This document shows positions 32,137 to 42,757 of a DNA stretch of 64,000 nt, piece by piece. The notes under the pieces are model-generated. The model worked only from the letters and a program-made list of their open reading frames with translations, made no database searches and was not told the origin of the DNA. Numbering within the stretch: position 1 is the stretch's first letter; every line of letters begins with the position of its first letter. This DNA is from Histomonas meleagridis 2922-C6/04-290x (taxonomy: Eukaryota > Protista > Parabasalia), in the NCBI GenBank assembly GCA_020184695.1, contig JAANOX010000095.1, forward strand, positions 187,914 through 251,913, read 5' to 3'. The translations under genes were made by a program, and so were the position numbers.

Positions 32137-35100
32137 ATGGAAGCAAGGGGAAAAGTTGCAATTATTTCATTAGATGGTATTCATTCAACCATATTTCATG
32201 CAGCTACAGTTGCTGACAGAACAACAGAACAAATCATTAAGGATAATAAATTAAAAACAGAATTACTCGGAATAACAACTCCTTACATTCAAAGACCTCT
32301 TGCACCGAACGAAGTTCCATCAGCGCTCTACCCAAAAATCATTAGAACAGAAGATTGCGGAAGGTTTAGACTTCCCGCTTATTATTTAACTGTAATGAAT
32401 TCAAAACAGCAAGATAAGATTACGTTTTTTGTAAATGTCAGAACAACGCAAAAAGTTACATTTCCACAATTTCCAGTTACAATAGATTCTCAACAATTTA
32501 ATGATAAAACAATAAAAGATTTACTGAAATTCATTGATCGCTCTTTCACATTCTCACATTCAGAGTCGTCATTACAAATTGGAAGTTTTGTACCTCCAAA
32601 CGATTATCCGGCCAAAGATTTATTAAATCAAGCACAGACCAAAAATCTCACACTTAAGTGCACATTAAATCAAGAGTACATGGCAATTGTAAATCGTAGG
32701 TCAGATTTAATCAAGGATCTTCTTCAAACGGAAAAATCATTTATTCGAACACTTCGAGATTTTGTTTCATATTGGCCTTCTTGTCTTTTAAATGATCATC
32801 TCATCACATTTAATGAGACCACGTATATTTTTGGTTTTTACAAAAACTTGATAAAATTACATACAATACTTTTGAACGATATAGAAGACAGAGGTTACTA
32901 TTTTGACACAGAGTTTTCGGATTTGTTTTGTGACTTTGCAGGTAACTTTCAAGAATCAGCTGATTTTTGTAAAAGTCTTGTAAGTGTTGAAGCCATGTTT
33001 CGGATCAAAGAGCAAAACAAAGCATGGCATGAAAAACTCGAAGAGAATCTAAATTCCACTCTTAATCCAACCAGCAAAACACTTTTTGAACTTCTTAATT
33101 TACCAATTGAGCAATATCAAAAATATCTTACATTTCTTTTACAGCTTCGAACAGTTACTCCACCAGCACATCCTGATTCACGTCTAATTAACGAAGCCAT
33201 CGATTTATATCAAGACCATTGCGACACGTTAAAAGACATCAAACGTAAAAGCGAACAAAGTCCTCAAATTATGCAGCTTCAAGATTCACTTCACGGTTTT
33301 GTAGTGATTTCGCCCAACCGACAGCTTGTGAAGTCCTATAATGTTAAAATCATTGAGCCTGTACCACAAAGAGGGATTATACATTTGTTTAATAACTTAA
33401 TTATATTAACAACAACAAAAATGCGGAAAGAACAAGTTTTATTTGAACGAGAATTAAGTGAATTCCGATATAATTATATGGGTTGTGTATTATCATTTTC
33501 GAAGACACAAGAAAAACTTTTCGAATTTAAAGCAGAATTCCAAAACAACGAAGAATTCGAAAACTTTTTACAAGTAGTTGAAGAATGTCAAATCAAAAGT
33601 TATAAAAATTTAGGAAATTATGATAAAATTATGATGTATTCTAACCTGAGGACTGAACAACCAATGCCAAAACTTTCATTCCATCAATGTGCTATTTATA
33701 ATAAACATATTTATTACATTGGTGGGAAGACAGATAATGATCATTACTCAAATGAAATCATTGATTTGGACTTAAATACAATGAAATATCAAAAACATGA
33801 GACCCCAATTGGTGACATAATCTATCATTCGGCGGTAGTAAACAAAGATAAGATTTATATATTCGGAGGACTTTCCTCAAATAACCAAGTAATTAACAAA
33901 TTTTGGTCATATACACCACGTAACAATGATTGGGAAGAGTTAGAATCTTTGCCAGAAGGTGGTCGATATGGTCATACGATGATATCATATGCAAATGATT
34001 TATATTTGTTTGGCGGAAGAAATAACACAAAAATATTTGCGGACTTGATGAAATTTAACACTGTAAATAATACATGGCAATCAATTAATTCTCCAGGATC
34101 ACCTAAGCCAAGATATTTCCATACTGCCACAATCCATGGTAATAACATGGTAATATTTGGAGGGAAAGATAAGACTAACGCTAGTTTATCGACATTGTTC
34201 TTGTTTAATATCAATGATAACAGCTGGAAACGACCGGAGGTTTTGGGCGAAAAAGTGCAAGCACGTTATCTGTGCCATTCAATTATTTATCACAAATGGT
34301 TTTTCTGTTTCGGTGGAACAAATGGCACTGAAATATTTGAGCCGTTTTGTGTACTCTTCTCAAATACAAGAACAACTTTATACAACCTTAAGTCAGGAGG
34401 AAATAGTCGACAAGCATTACTTAATTTCGCGTTGACGATATATAGATCTAATATTTATATACATGGAGGCGTTTTGACGGGATCTGAAAAATCTTCAAAT
34501 ATGTTATTTAAAGTTCAACTTCCGCATTTGTTGAAACAAATAGAAGAAATTGCTAGAAATACTATCGCTGCTACACCTGGAAGGAAGAATAATAAGAATG
34601 AAGATATTCAATCTGTATTAAATATTACTACTCCTCAAAATAGTAATAGCAGAAGAAGACGTCGACATACACACTTAAGAAGACATTCTCATCTTGTTTC
34701 TCATGGTGAACGTTCTAAAATGAACAATGAAATTAATTTAATTGCTCATGTTCCTTCACCAATTGGTATGCTTGATAAGGATGCTCCTGCTCCTTTGGAT
34801 TCATTAGATCCAGAGACTATTATTAATGAAAAGAAAAAAGCTTCAGCTGTTACTCCAAGCAAAAAACCGTCTGACACGAACGATAAAGAAGAAACTATTG
34901 AAAAGCCGAAAGTGACACCCCAAAGAAAGAAAAAACCGCCACTTCCTCCGAAAATTAAGAACATCCCGAGAAGGAAAAGTGACACGTCGAATGAGGCACC
35001 TCGCTCACCAGTGCAACAGACTGATTCACCTTTAATAGGTAGTTCTTATCCACACAAAAATATTCTTAATGACATTTCAGGTGTACCACCACTTGAAATG

Positions 35101-35919
35101 ATTGAAGAATCCAATTCCACTGGAGAAAACTCATCAGAGATATTCAAGAAACCACCACCACTCAAAAGCAAAGGAATTCGAACAATGAATTCTCAACCAA
35201 TAATGCCTTTATTGGCTGGTTCAAACCCACTCTTCCCGCCGCCTTTAGATTCTTCTTCTGATGATGAGAACCATATTCCATTAGGCAAATTTAACCGGCC
35301 GCATTTGTTGTCAACACCTCAAATGCCACTTTTGAACTCGATGCCGCCTCCGTTAACGTCTTCTGACTCAGATGAGGAGAACGTTAACGGAATAGTAACG
35401 CCCAAGAAAAGCCGGCCAAAACCGCCCAAACCTCCCGCTGGCAAAGCGAAACGAAAAGCGCCAGCAAAGAAATCAACTAAAGCGAAACCGAAAAGAAAAG
35501 AAGAGAAACCAAAAGAAAAAGAAAAAACAGATGAGCCACTGTATAAAGGAACATTACAAGAACCAGTTGCAAGACATGGAAAAGGTTCTGGAAATAATGC
35601 TCGACTCTCATTGCCACGTGGTGGAGCAATCCCAGCATTTTCTCCGAGGTCGTTCTCTAACGCAAAGGTTAACACATTTGCTTCTTTGGCAAGAGGTGCA
35701 CAAGTTCCAACATTTACAAATATACAACTTGACGAAACAGGACCAGACAAAAAGAAACTGAACTCAAGCTTGTCGAAGTTCACGTTGTCGGAAAATGAAG
35801 AAAAAGAAGGCGATAAACAACATGTTGAACAAAATATAAAATCGAGTCCCAAAGCTCGAAAGAACAAATCATCGAAACCAAAAGCGCAACGGAATTCACT
35901 TGAAATCGGTATGGCTTAA
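32137..35919 (+). CDS. RhoGEF (DH-PH-like) plus Kelch-repeat protein with proline/basic-rich tail
   Basis: DH motifs ELLQTEKSF-like (DLLQTEKSFIRTL), LLNLPIEQYQKY, TPPAHPD; Kelch repeats (IYYIGG, IYIFGG, GRYGHT..LYLFGG, PRYFHT..MVIFGG). Confidence 0.9.
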   Translation: MEARGKVAIISLDGIHSTIFHAATVADRTTEQIIKDNKLKTELLGITTPYIQRPLAPNEVPSALYPKIIRTEDCGRFRLPAYYLTVMNSKQQDKITFFVNVRTTQKVTFPQFPVTIDSQQFNDKTIKDLLKFIDRSFTFSHSESSLQIGSFVPPNDYPAKDLLNQAQTKNLTLKCTLNQEYMAIVNRRSDLIKDLLQTEKSFIRTLRDFVSYWPSCLLNDHLITFNETTYIFGFYKNLIKLHTILLNDIEDRGYYFDTEFSDLFCDFAGNFQESADFCKSLVSVEAMFRIKEQNKAWHEKLEENLNSTLNPTSKTLFELLNLPIEQYQKYLTFLLQLRTVTPPAHPDSRLINEAIDLYQDHCDTLKDIKRKSEQSPQIMQLQDSLHGFVVISPNRQLVKSYNVKIIEPVPQRGIIHLFNNLIILTTTKMRKEQVLFERELSEFRYNYMGCVLSFSKTQEKLFEFKAEFQNNEEFENFLQVVEECQIKSYKNLGNYDKIMMYSNLRTEQPMPKLSFHQCAIYNKHIYYIGGKTDNDHYSNEIIDLDLNTMKYQKHETPIGDIIYHSAVVNKDKIYIFGGLSSNNQVINKFWSYTPRNNDWEELESLPEGGRYGHTMISYANDLYLFGGRNNTKIFADLMKFNTVNNTWQSINSPGSPKPRYFHTATIHGNNMVIFGGKDKTNASLSTLFLFNINDNSWKRPEVLGEKVQARYLCHSIIYHKWFFCFGGTNGTEIFEPFCVLFSNTRTTLYNLKSGGNSRQALLNFALTIYRSNIYIHGGVLTGSEKSSNMLFKVQLPHLLKQIEEIARNTIAATPGRKNNKNEDIQSVLNITTPQNSNSRRRRRHTHLRRHSHLVSHGERSKMNNEINLIAHVPSPIGMLDKDAPAPLDSLDPETIINEKKKASAVTPSKKPSDTNDKEETIEKPKVTPQRKKKPPLPPKIKNIPRRKSDTSNEAPRSPVQQTDSPLIGSSYPHKNILNDISGVPPLEMIEESNSTGENSSEIFKKPPPLKSKGIRTMNSQPIMPLLAGSNPLFPPPLDSSSDDENHIPLGKFNRPHLLSTPQMPLLNSMPPPLTSSDSDEENVNGIVTPKKSRPKPPKPPAGKAKRKAPAKKSTKAKPKRKEEKPKEKEKTDEPLYKGTLQEPVARHGKGSGNNARLSLPRGGAIPAFSPRSFSNAKVNTFASLARGAQVPTFTNIQLDETGPDKKKLNSSLSKFTLSENEEKEGDKQHVEQNIKSSPKARKNKSSKPKAQRNSLEIGMA

Positions 35920-36073
35920 ATAGTTTGTAGATTTGTAATATGATATTTATAAATGCTTTCCATCAGGATAAATCTGTTTTTTGTGCGATTTTAATTCAAC
36001 GAAATACTTTAAAGTGAATTTTAATTTGGTGCTCGCAGATTTATAGATAAAAATGATGTAAAATTAATTCGAT

Positions 36074-36523
36074 TTACTTAGTGAACTTAGGCTCAGTTTG
36101 GAGGAACTCTGCGTCATGACCTGTTTTAAGTGGTTCTTTGGATTCTTTGGTTTGGATGCAGATTATAACTAAGGGTTCGGTTCCTGTATTCTTGTAGCAA
36201 CGACTAGCTCCAGTTCCAACACGAATAACAGATCCTTCTTCAATTGGGAAAACAGTATCATCGACTTGATATTCACCTTTTCCTTTTATTACAATGTATA
36301 CTTCTTCATTCTCTTTATGCGAATGGAAGAATGAGAGTTGTACTCCTGCTGGAATGGATGTATAGGAAATTTCAGATCCTGTTGCATGAAGAGCTTGTTG
36401 TAAGAAAACTTTTCCTGGGATTGGTTGTCCCAAACCTGTGAAAACATACTTTTCAATTTCTGATGCAGGGCCAACATTGATGGCAGTGTAGTTGCTTCCT
36501 TCTGATATTGTTTTGATAGACAT
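36074..36523 (-). CDS. Cupin-2 domain protein, bacterial-like (copy 2)
   Basis: 149 aa; paralog of 21726..22175 with about 23 differences by hand count. Confidence 0.9.
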   Translation of the reverse strand: MSIKTISEGSNYTAINVGPASEIEKYVFTGLGQPIPGKVFLQQALHATGSEISYTSIPAGVQLSFFHSHKENEEVYIVIKGKGEYQVDDTVFPIEEGSVIRVGTGASRCYKNTGTEPLVIICIQTKESKEPLKTGHDAEFLQTEPKFTK

Positions 36524-37339
36524 TAAATATAAAATGAAGTAAAAACTCGATCATGTTGCGGGAGGAAATGTGATGCGTTTTTTCAGAAGTTTACGATTGG
36601 TCGGATAATCGTTTTGAATCAAAGTTTCAATGAATAAAAACGGTTTTAATTAATCAATAAAATAAACGTGTGATTATTTATGAAATGTGATCTGAAATGG
36701 ATTCCAAATCAATTGTTTCTATCAATAAAAATGTGTTTTTCATATTAGATCAAATTTTATTATTTAAGATAATGTGAAAAATGTTTATTCTTTATTATGT
36801 TATATATCGGGAACTGATTTTAATTTTGTATATAATTTCATAATATAAAAAAAGAATATAATAAATATTGTTTGAATAATCAAATTGAGTTAATAAAACG
36901 TTTTCAATTTTTAGCCATATTTATAAAGGCAACCATAGAATGCATTTCCATCAAAATGCTTTTAAATTATTTTGGAATAAAATCAAAATTCATTCATCAT
37001 CAGTTAATAACTTTTATATTTTAAAACCAAGAAATTTTTCGAATTGCTGGAACTTTTCAACCTAATTGCTCAAAATAAAAAATTGATTTTAACGAAAGCA
37101 TATGACGAAAAACGAAACAAATCAATGTCAGAAAACTGTAATCAAAATTTATAAATTCTCTATCGTCAACGATGGCAACGGTTATTATCTTTATCAAAAG
37201 TATTCTTCTGACTTAACTCAAAAAGTTGATTTAAAAAAGTAAAAACCACCTCAGAAAAATATCTCGGTTACATCCCAAAAAGTCAACATTTGGCTTCACC
37301 TAATATTTCCGACCGTTAAAGACAAGAAAAAAGAAACTT

Positions 37340-40300
37340 ATGAAAGAACAAAGCAAGCCACTTCTCGGACTTAAAGCTTCTCCTCTTCCAGCATTTTTAG
37401 GTAGCAATGATTCTGATGATGATGAGGATATATTTTGTGATGATAGTGATGATGGCTCTTTGTCATTCAAAAAATCTCCTTTATTACCACCGATGGAAAC
37501 AACACCTAAGCCTTCAAAAAAACCAGAAGAAACGAATCAAATTTCATCTTTTGATGAAGCACTTCCAAAAATTACATTATTTCTTTCAACATTAGATGAA
37601 TATACAATTCCTGAGCAATACAGTGGTGATTTATATTTTGTTCCAGATCACGTGGCAACAACAGAAAATCTTTCAATGAAACTTCAGAAATTAGTTAATG
37701 AAAATATTGATGAATTTGATACAGAACTTCAAAACATCAATATTTCAGCGCAGGTAAGCATTGTTAAGTATAGGACAGACAAATCAATCGATCTTAAAGA
37801 ATTTATTACTCCAAATACAGATTCAAGAGTATTGACAATTATTTATTTTCTTCTCTCAAAAACAGATAACCAAAAAGAATCACTTTATTACAGTATACAA
37901 GCAATTTCAGAATTTGTCAAGTCAACTGAAGTTGCACCAATTTCATCACTTTTTGAAGATTTCAAAATCCAAACAATCATCCATAAAATTGCTGTATGTC
38001 TCATAGGTCTTTTCCCACACCATCCAATTCTTGAATCTGTTCTTAATAGATTATCACGATATGATTCATCCATACCAGAATTGTTTAGTTTCATCCAAGA
38101 AAACGACGACGATGATGATTTTGATTTTGATGATGACGATGATTCATTTTTTGAGTCCATTCAAGAAATGCAACAACGACCTGCGCCATTAATGTTACAA
38201 TCCCGTGCTATCAGAGAGAATCCTCTTGACAACCTTCAACCTGCAGCATCGAAAGTATTCACAGTTACAGTTGCAGAACCTCCATTCAGTGTCACTTTTT
38301 GTCTTACGAACGGTTCTTCACAATTAACCCCCAATCAATTTGTGGATTGGATCACAGCGCTTAACAGTGGGAATCCGATACCAATTCCTATTAAAAAATC
38401 ACGTATCGATTCGAACAATAATACGTGTTTAAGTGGCACGCCAAATCCACCACATGATGTTTCTGATGAAAATCTTAGTTCAAATGTTGAAGCAACAGAA
38501 GAAACAATATTAGAATTATTTAATTCTACGCCAGATTCTCAAATGTTATTAACCACTATACCATCACAATTACCACCTAATTTATTTCCATTATATTATC
38601 CATTATTTCAAATTGCAAATCTTTCTGCTATAAAGCCATTTAAAAGAGGTTTTATCTATCCGTCGTTATTAGAGAATGAATATATGGCACATCAAGGACT
38701 TATTAATGGAAACATTGAAGAAATCCAAGATGCAATAAATAATATGCTTAAAAGAGTACCATCAGATTGTAATCTTAAGCCTATAAAACCATTAACACCA
38801 AAACGAGAATTTAAAACTTCTGAAATTGAGAAAGAAAATGAAAATTTAATAACAGCATTATCATTAGCAGACATCGAAATTGTATTACATGGAAGATCAC
38901 CATTCACATTAAACCAAATGTCACAAGAAGCATTAATACAAATCCCTTATGATCGAAAATGGCGTTCACAAGCGTTATATTATTTTTACACTGAATTTTT
39001 ATTTCATCCATATATCATTTTTCGACTAGCGTTTTCATTAGCTATTAATGTTATTGAATATGATCCATCATTAGCTTGTAGTTTTTTATTTGAAGGGATT
39101 TATATATTTAATTTATCATATCCATCATTATGTCAAAATGAGTTTTGTAGAGCCGCATATTTATTATTTGGTGAAACACTTGATCAAATTGATTGTTATT
39201 ATTATTCAGCATTATTATTCGATGTATATTTCTTAAGTAATCCACAATCAACAAAATTTTCGAATTCGATTGCACAAATAGCTCAACGTAATCGAGATAT
39301 GAATCGTGCAGTATTTCATTATACACAATCGATGAAACATTTTGTAGATAAAGTTCGTTGTGATGAAGCATTATATATATCACAATTAATTACATCGATT
39401 TATGGAGAATATTCATTGTTTTCAAGTTCTATTAATCTTTTATCATATTTATTACAACGATCTTATAAAATTATGATTGGAAGAAGAGTCGATCGAATTG
39501 ATAGTAAGAATAAAACTTTACCACCTGTTCGACCTAATGAACATTCTATTAAAGTATTTGAGCCACCTGCATCTTCTATTAATACAATGTTAACTGCATT
39601 ACATTTAGCTAATTTGTTTATTAAGAAACAATACTTTAAACATGCAAATAATTTACTTAAAACTCTTAAAACAGTTACAACGAATCAAACGATATTAAAG
39701 ATAATTGATTTTGTTGTAACTAAAAGATATTATAAGAAGAACAAATTAAACAAATTCTTTCAATCAATATCACATTTAGAAATTAAATCACGTAAAGCGA
39801 CATTAATGTCAAGTGTTTCAATGTTATCAGCATCTAAATTTGATACAAGTATTGCAATCATTCAATTATTAATCTTGAATTATAATTCATTTAGGTTTTT
39901 TAAAAACGGAGTCTTTTGGTCAGAAGTATTAATCCAATCATTATGTAAAAACCATTTAAAAGATATGGGTTATGCTTATTTATATCGAGGAATTGCTTTA
40001 GCTAATGGTTATTCACAAGTATGTTGTATTAATGGTCCGATTTCATTACATGTAACATTTTCACCATTAATGAGTTCAATTGCATTATATAACAGAGAAA
40101 CATTATTTAATAACATCTCTGAATATGTATCAGAAACTTTAGCTACATTACATATAGCTTTAACATCATTTGAGAAAGTTGGCTGTATTCGTAAGTCAAT
40201 CGAAACAATGTTAATATATTTGGATGTATTATTACATTATTTTTTAGATCCGACTTTTAGTGGTAGTGCAATCACAATTCCGCCATTAGAAATTATCGAG

Positions 40301-42229
40301 CCACATTTCGATGTACAAATTAAAGGTTTACCATTACAGAAAGTGGATAATTTCCAACCTTATACTTTAAATATTAATAATATTGATGATCATATTACAC
40401 CAATTTTCACTAACTTGGAAACGAACGTCGAAAAGTTAATGATGCCAATACAAATCATTTATGGGCAAATATTATCAGCTAAGTTTAGTTTGTTACAGAA
40501 GAAAATCGAATTATCAAAAACAAAATTCGATTTTGCATTTAATAACTTACAAAAATATTTCATTTGTTCCGAACATTTTATTTCACGAGATTTACATAAT
40601 AATACATTAATATTGTTTTCACGTATATTGGAAAACATGTGTTTAACTTTGTTGTTCTATGAAAAAGAATTTATTAATTCACATTTGATTATATTCGATT
40701 GGTTTAATGATATTCATTCTCTTATCGATATTAAACATCGAGTATCTACAACAGAATCACAAATACCGATAAATTCAAGTCTTGATATAACAACTTCAAC
40801 TTTAAGAAACCTTTCAAGCTTAAAATTCCCAAATTTCTTGGACACAATATCGAGAAGCGGTTTGAAACTGCCGACTACAGAAATTTTGGATGAGAATTCA
40901 ATTGTCTCAAGTTTACAAAAAATTTACGCGAACGTTAAGCTGTATGAAGCTCAAAAACTGAAAGAAGATGAAATGCATGACGTTAATCGGAAATTATGTA
41001 AAAGCATTGAAACTATCGCAGATAACAAAAGAAGAGAAAGTGAAATACGTATCCAGCATAATTTCACTTTCGATGAAGTGTTACAATCTTCTTCAATGTG
41101 CGAAAATGTAGTTTTTATTGTTCATTTACATGATTCAATTTTTGTGTACTATCCCTATCGTGGTACCAAAAAACGTATTCCGTATAAACCTTCGAAAACG
41201 ACGTCACTTTTCACGCTCAAAGCAAACAAAGCCGATCAACTTTTTAAGTCGTCTTCGGGGATTTTCACATCACAATTCTTTGAAATCATTTCAACATATT
41301 TATTTTCGGATAAAAAATCAAAATTATTTCAATATAATAGCAAAGAAGCATTACAATTATTCGAACAAATTGGGCAAGATTTATTTGGAGATATTATCAA
41401 TAATGTTGATGAATGGAAATATGATTTAGATAATCATAGTTTTGGTGAAAACAAATTATTTGGCAGATCTAACAAAGGCCAATTAATCTCATTAACAATA
41501 CCAAATAAGCCTTTTGTATTTATTACAAGTAATGATTTAAATGCGTTACCTCTTGAACTAATGTTCCCACATCATCTTGTTGTTAGAAGTAGGTTTTATT
41601 CCTACTTACTATTACACCATGAAACAGGCAGCGAAATGCCGCAGATGATTGTCCACAGATTGAAAGGGTTTGATCCGAGTGAACTGAGAGACGATGGCAT
41701 TCAAAGGAGTATTGAACAGATTGAGAGCTTTATTTGCGCGTGCGGTGGTTCGACGGTTTCTTCCTTGCCGGTAATCAGAAGGAATGAACGTAATGTTTGC
41801 GTGGCATTTCCTTTGTTTTCATCAAATAAGGAGAACGTATACTATAGTACGAAATACCCATTTGCGGAATATATCAATTTGAACTTGACATATTCAATTC
41901 CACAACAACAAACAGTTTCTTTATACGTTTTTACATACACAGACATGTGTGAAATGCCTCAAATGCTATCAGAGTATGTCAGACAATGTCCAAACGCCTT
42001 CTTTATGTTCATTCCAACAAAATTTGTTCGGACTGCATTTGCAAAGATGACAGATATATTCGAAAGACAGAACAAACGAATGGAGTACGTAAACGCACAC
42101 AAAGATGATGAGGGTATAGAGTTAGAAAAGCAATTGGTGGAAAATCCATTCAATTTTATATTGTTGCTACAGGCAACACTAATTACTCAGTTGCAATGTC
42201 CGGTGCCAATTTATGTGCCGCTTCACTGA
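37340..42229 (+). CDS. Large hypothetical protein with a TPR-like helical middle
   Basis: Intact 1629-aa ORF; TPR-like segments (RAAYLLFGETL, RAVFHYTQS); C-terminal FVFITSNDLNALPLELMF. Confidence 0.85.
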   Translation: MKEQSKPLLGLKASPLPAFLGSNDSDDDEDIFCDDSDDGSLSFKKSPLLPPMETTPKPSKKPEETNQISSFDEALPKITLFLSTLDEYTIPEQYSGDLYFVPDHVATTENLSMKLQKLVNENIDEFDTELQNINISAQVSIVKYRTDKSIDLKEFITPNTDSRVLTIIYFLLSKTDNQKESLYYSIQAISEFVKSTEVAPISSLFEDFKIQTIIHKIAVCLIGLFPHHPILESVLNRLSRYDSSIPELFSFIQENDDDDDFDFDDDDDSFFESIQEMQQRPAPLMLQSRAIRENPLDNLQPAASKVFTVTVAEPPFSVTFCLTNGSSQLTPNQFVDWITALNSGNPIPIPIKKSRIDSNNNTCLSGTPNPPHDVSDENLSSNVEATEETILELFNSTPDSQMLLTTIPSQLPPNLFPLYYPLFQIANLSAIKPFKRGFIYPSLLENEYMAHQGLINGNIEEIQDAINNMLKRVPSDCNLKPIKPLTPKREFKTSEIEKENENLITALSLADIEIVLHGRSPFTLNQMSQEALIQIPYDRKWRSQALYYFYTEFLFHPYIIFRLAFSLAINVIEYDPSLACSFLFEGIYIFNLSYPSLCQNEFCRAAYLLFGETLDQIDCYYYSALLFDVYFLSNPQSTKFSNSIAQIAQRNRDMNRAVFHYTQSMKHFVDKVRCDEALYISQLITSIYGEYSLFSSSINLLSYLLQRSYKIMIGRRVDRIDSKNKTLPPVRPNEHSIKVFEPPASSINTMLTALHLANLFIKKQYFKHANNLLKTLKTVTTNQTILKIIDFVVTKRYYKKNKLNKFFQSISHLEIKSRKATLMSSVSMLSASKFDTSIAIIQLLILNYNSFRFFKNGVFWSEVLIQSLCKNHLKDMGYAYLYRGIALANGYSQVCCINGPISLHVTFSPLMSSIALYNRETLFNNISEYVSETLATLHIALTSFEKVGCIRKSIETMLIYLDVLLHYFLDPTFSGSAITIPPLEIIEPHFDVQIKGLPLQKVDNFQPYTLNINNIDDHITPIFTNLETNVEKLMMPIQIIYGQILSAKFSLLQKKIELSKTKFDFAFNNLQKYFICSEHFISRDLHNNTLILFSRILENMCLTLLFYEKEFINSHLIIFDWFNDIHSLIDIKHRVSTTESQIPINSSLDITTSTLRNLSSLKFPNFLDTISRSGLKLPTTEILDENSIVSSLQKIYANVKLYEAQKLKEDEMHDVNRKLCKSIETIADNKRRESEIRIQHNFTFDEVLQSSSMCENVVFIVHLHDSIFVYYPYRGTKKRIPYKPSKTTSLFTLKANKADQLFKSSSGIFTSQFFEIISTYLFSDKKSKLFQYNSKEALQLFEQIGQDLFGDIINNVDEWKYDLDNHSFGENKLFGRSNKGQLISLTIPNKPFVFITSNDLNALPLELMFPHHLVVRSRFYSYLLLHHETGSEMPQMIVHRLKGFDPSELRDDGIQRSIEQIESFICACGGSTVSSLPVIRRNERNVCVAFPLFSSNKENVYYSTKYPFAEYINLNLTYSIPQQQTVSLYVFTYTDMCEMPQMLSEYVRQCPNAFFMFIPTKFVRTAFAKMTDIFERQNKRMEYVNAHKDDEGIELEKQLVENPFNFILLLQATLITQLQCPVPIYVPLH

Positions 42230-42757
42230 GTTGTTTTTTAATAAATAAACAGAATTTTGGATGTGTTATAAATGCGCATTTTATTTCTTTATCTTCGTAT
42301 TTTGATCTTCACATAAACTCAGTCGTGTACAACTGTGCATTCCAACTTTGATAGACAATTGTTGTTTTAAACAACAAAATAGAGAAAAATTAAGTTTTAA
42401 CATGTTTATGACCGTTAAATAAAATACAAATTGGTGGATTCGTATATTACGTCCAATACTAATCGTATATGGATTTTGCAATATTGGGCTGTGATATAAT
42501 TATTTCTGTATGTTAATATGTGCCTAAAAATTTGAGTAGTTCTATCATTAGGCATCATCATGATAAAAATTTTTGACTTGGGATTTGGAATATGCATCAC
42601 ATTAAAAATAAAATGTTGTGTTTTAAGTTCACTATATTCTGAGAAAAAATTATGCATTAAAACACAAATTTCTTGTTTCAAAAATGATATAAAATTTGAT
42701 TTAAATTAAATTGATCTTTCATCCTTTAACTTATTAGCAGTGTGGAAAAGTAAAAAT

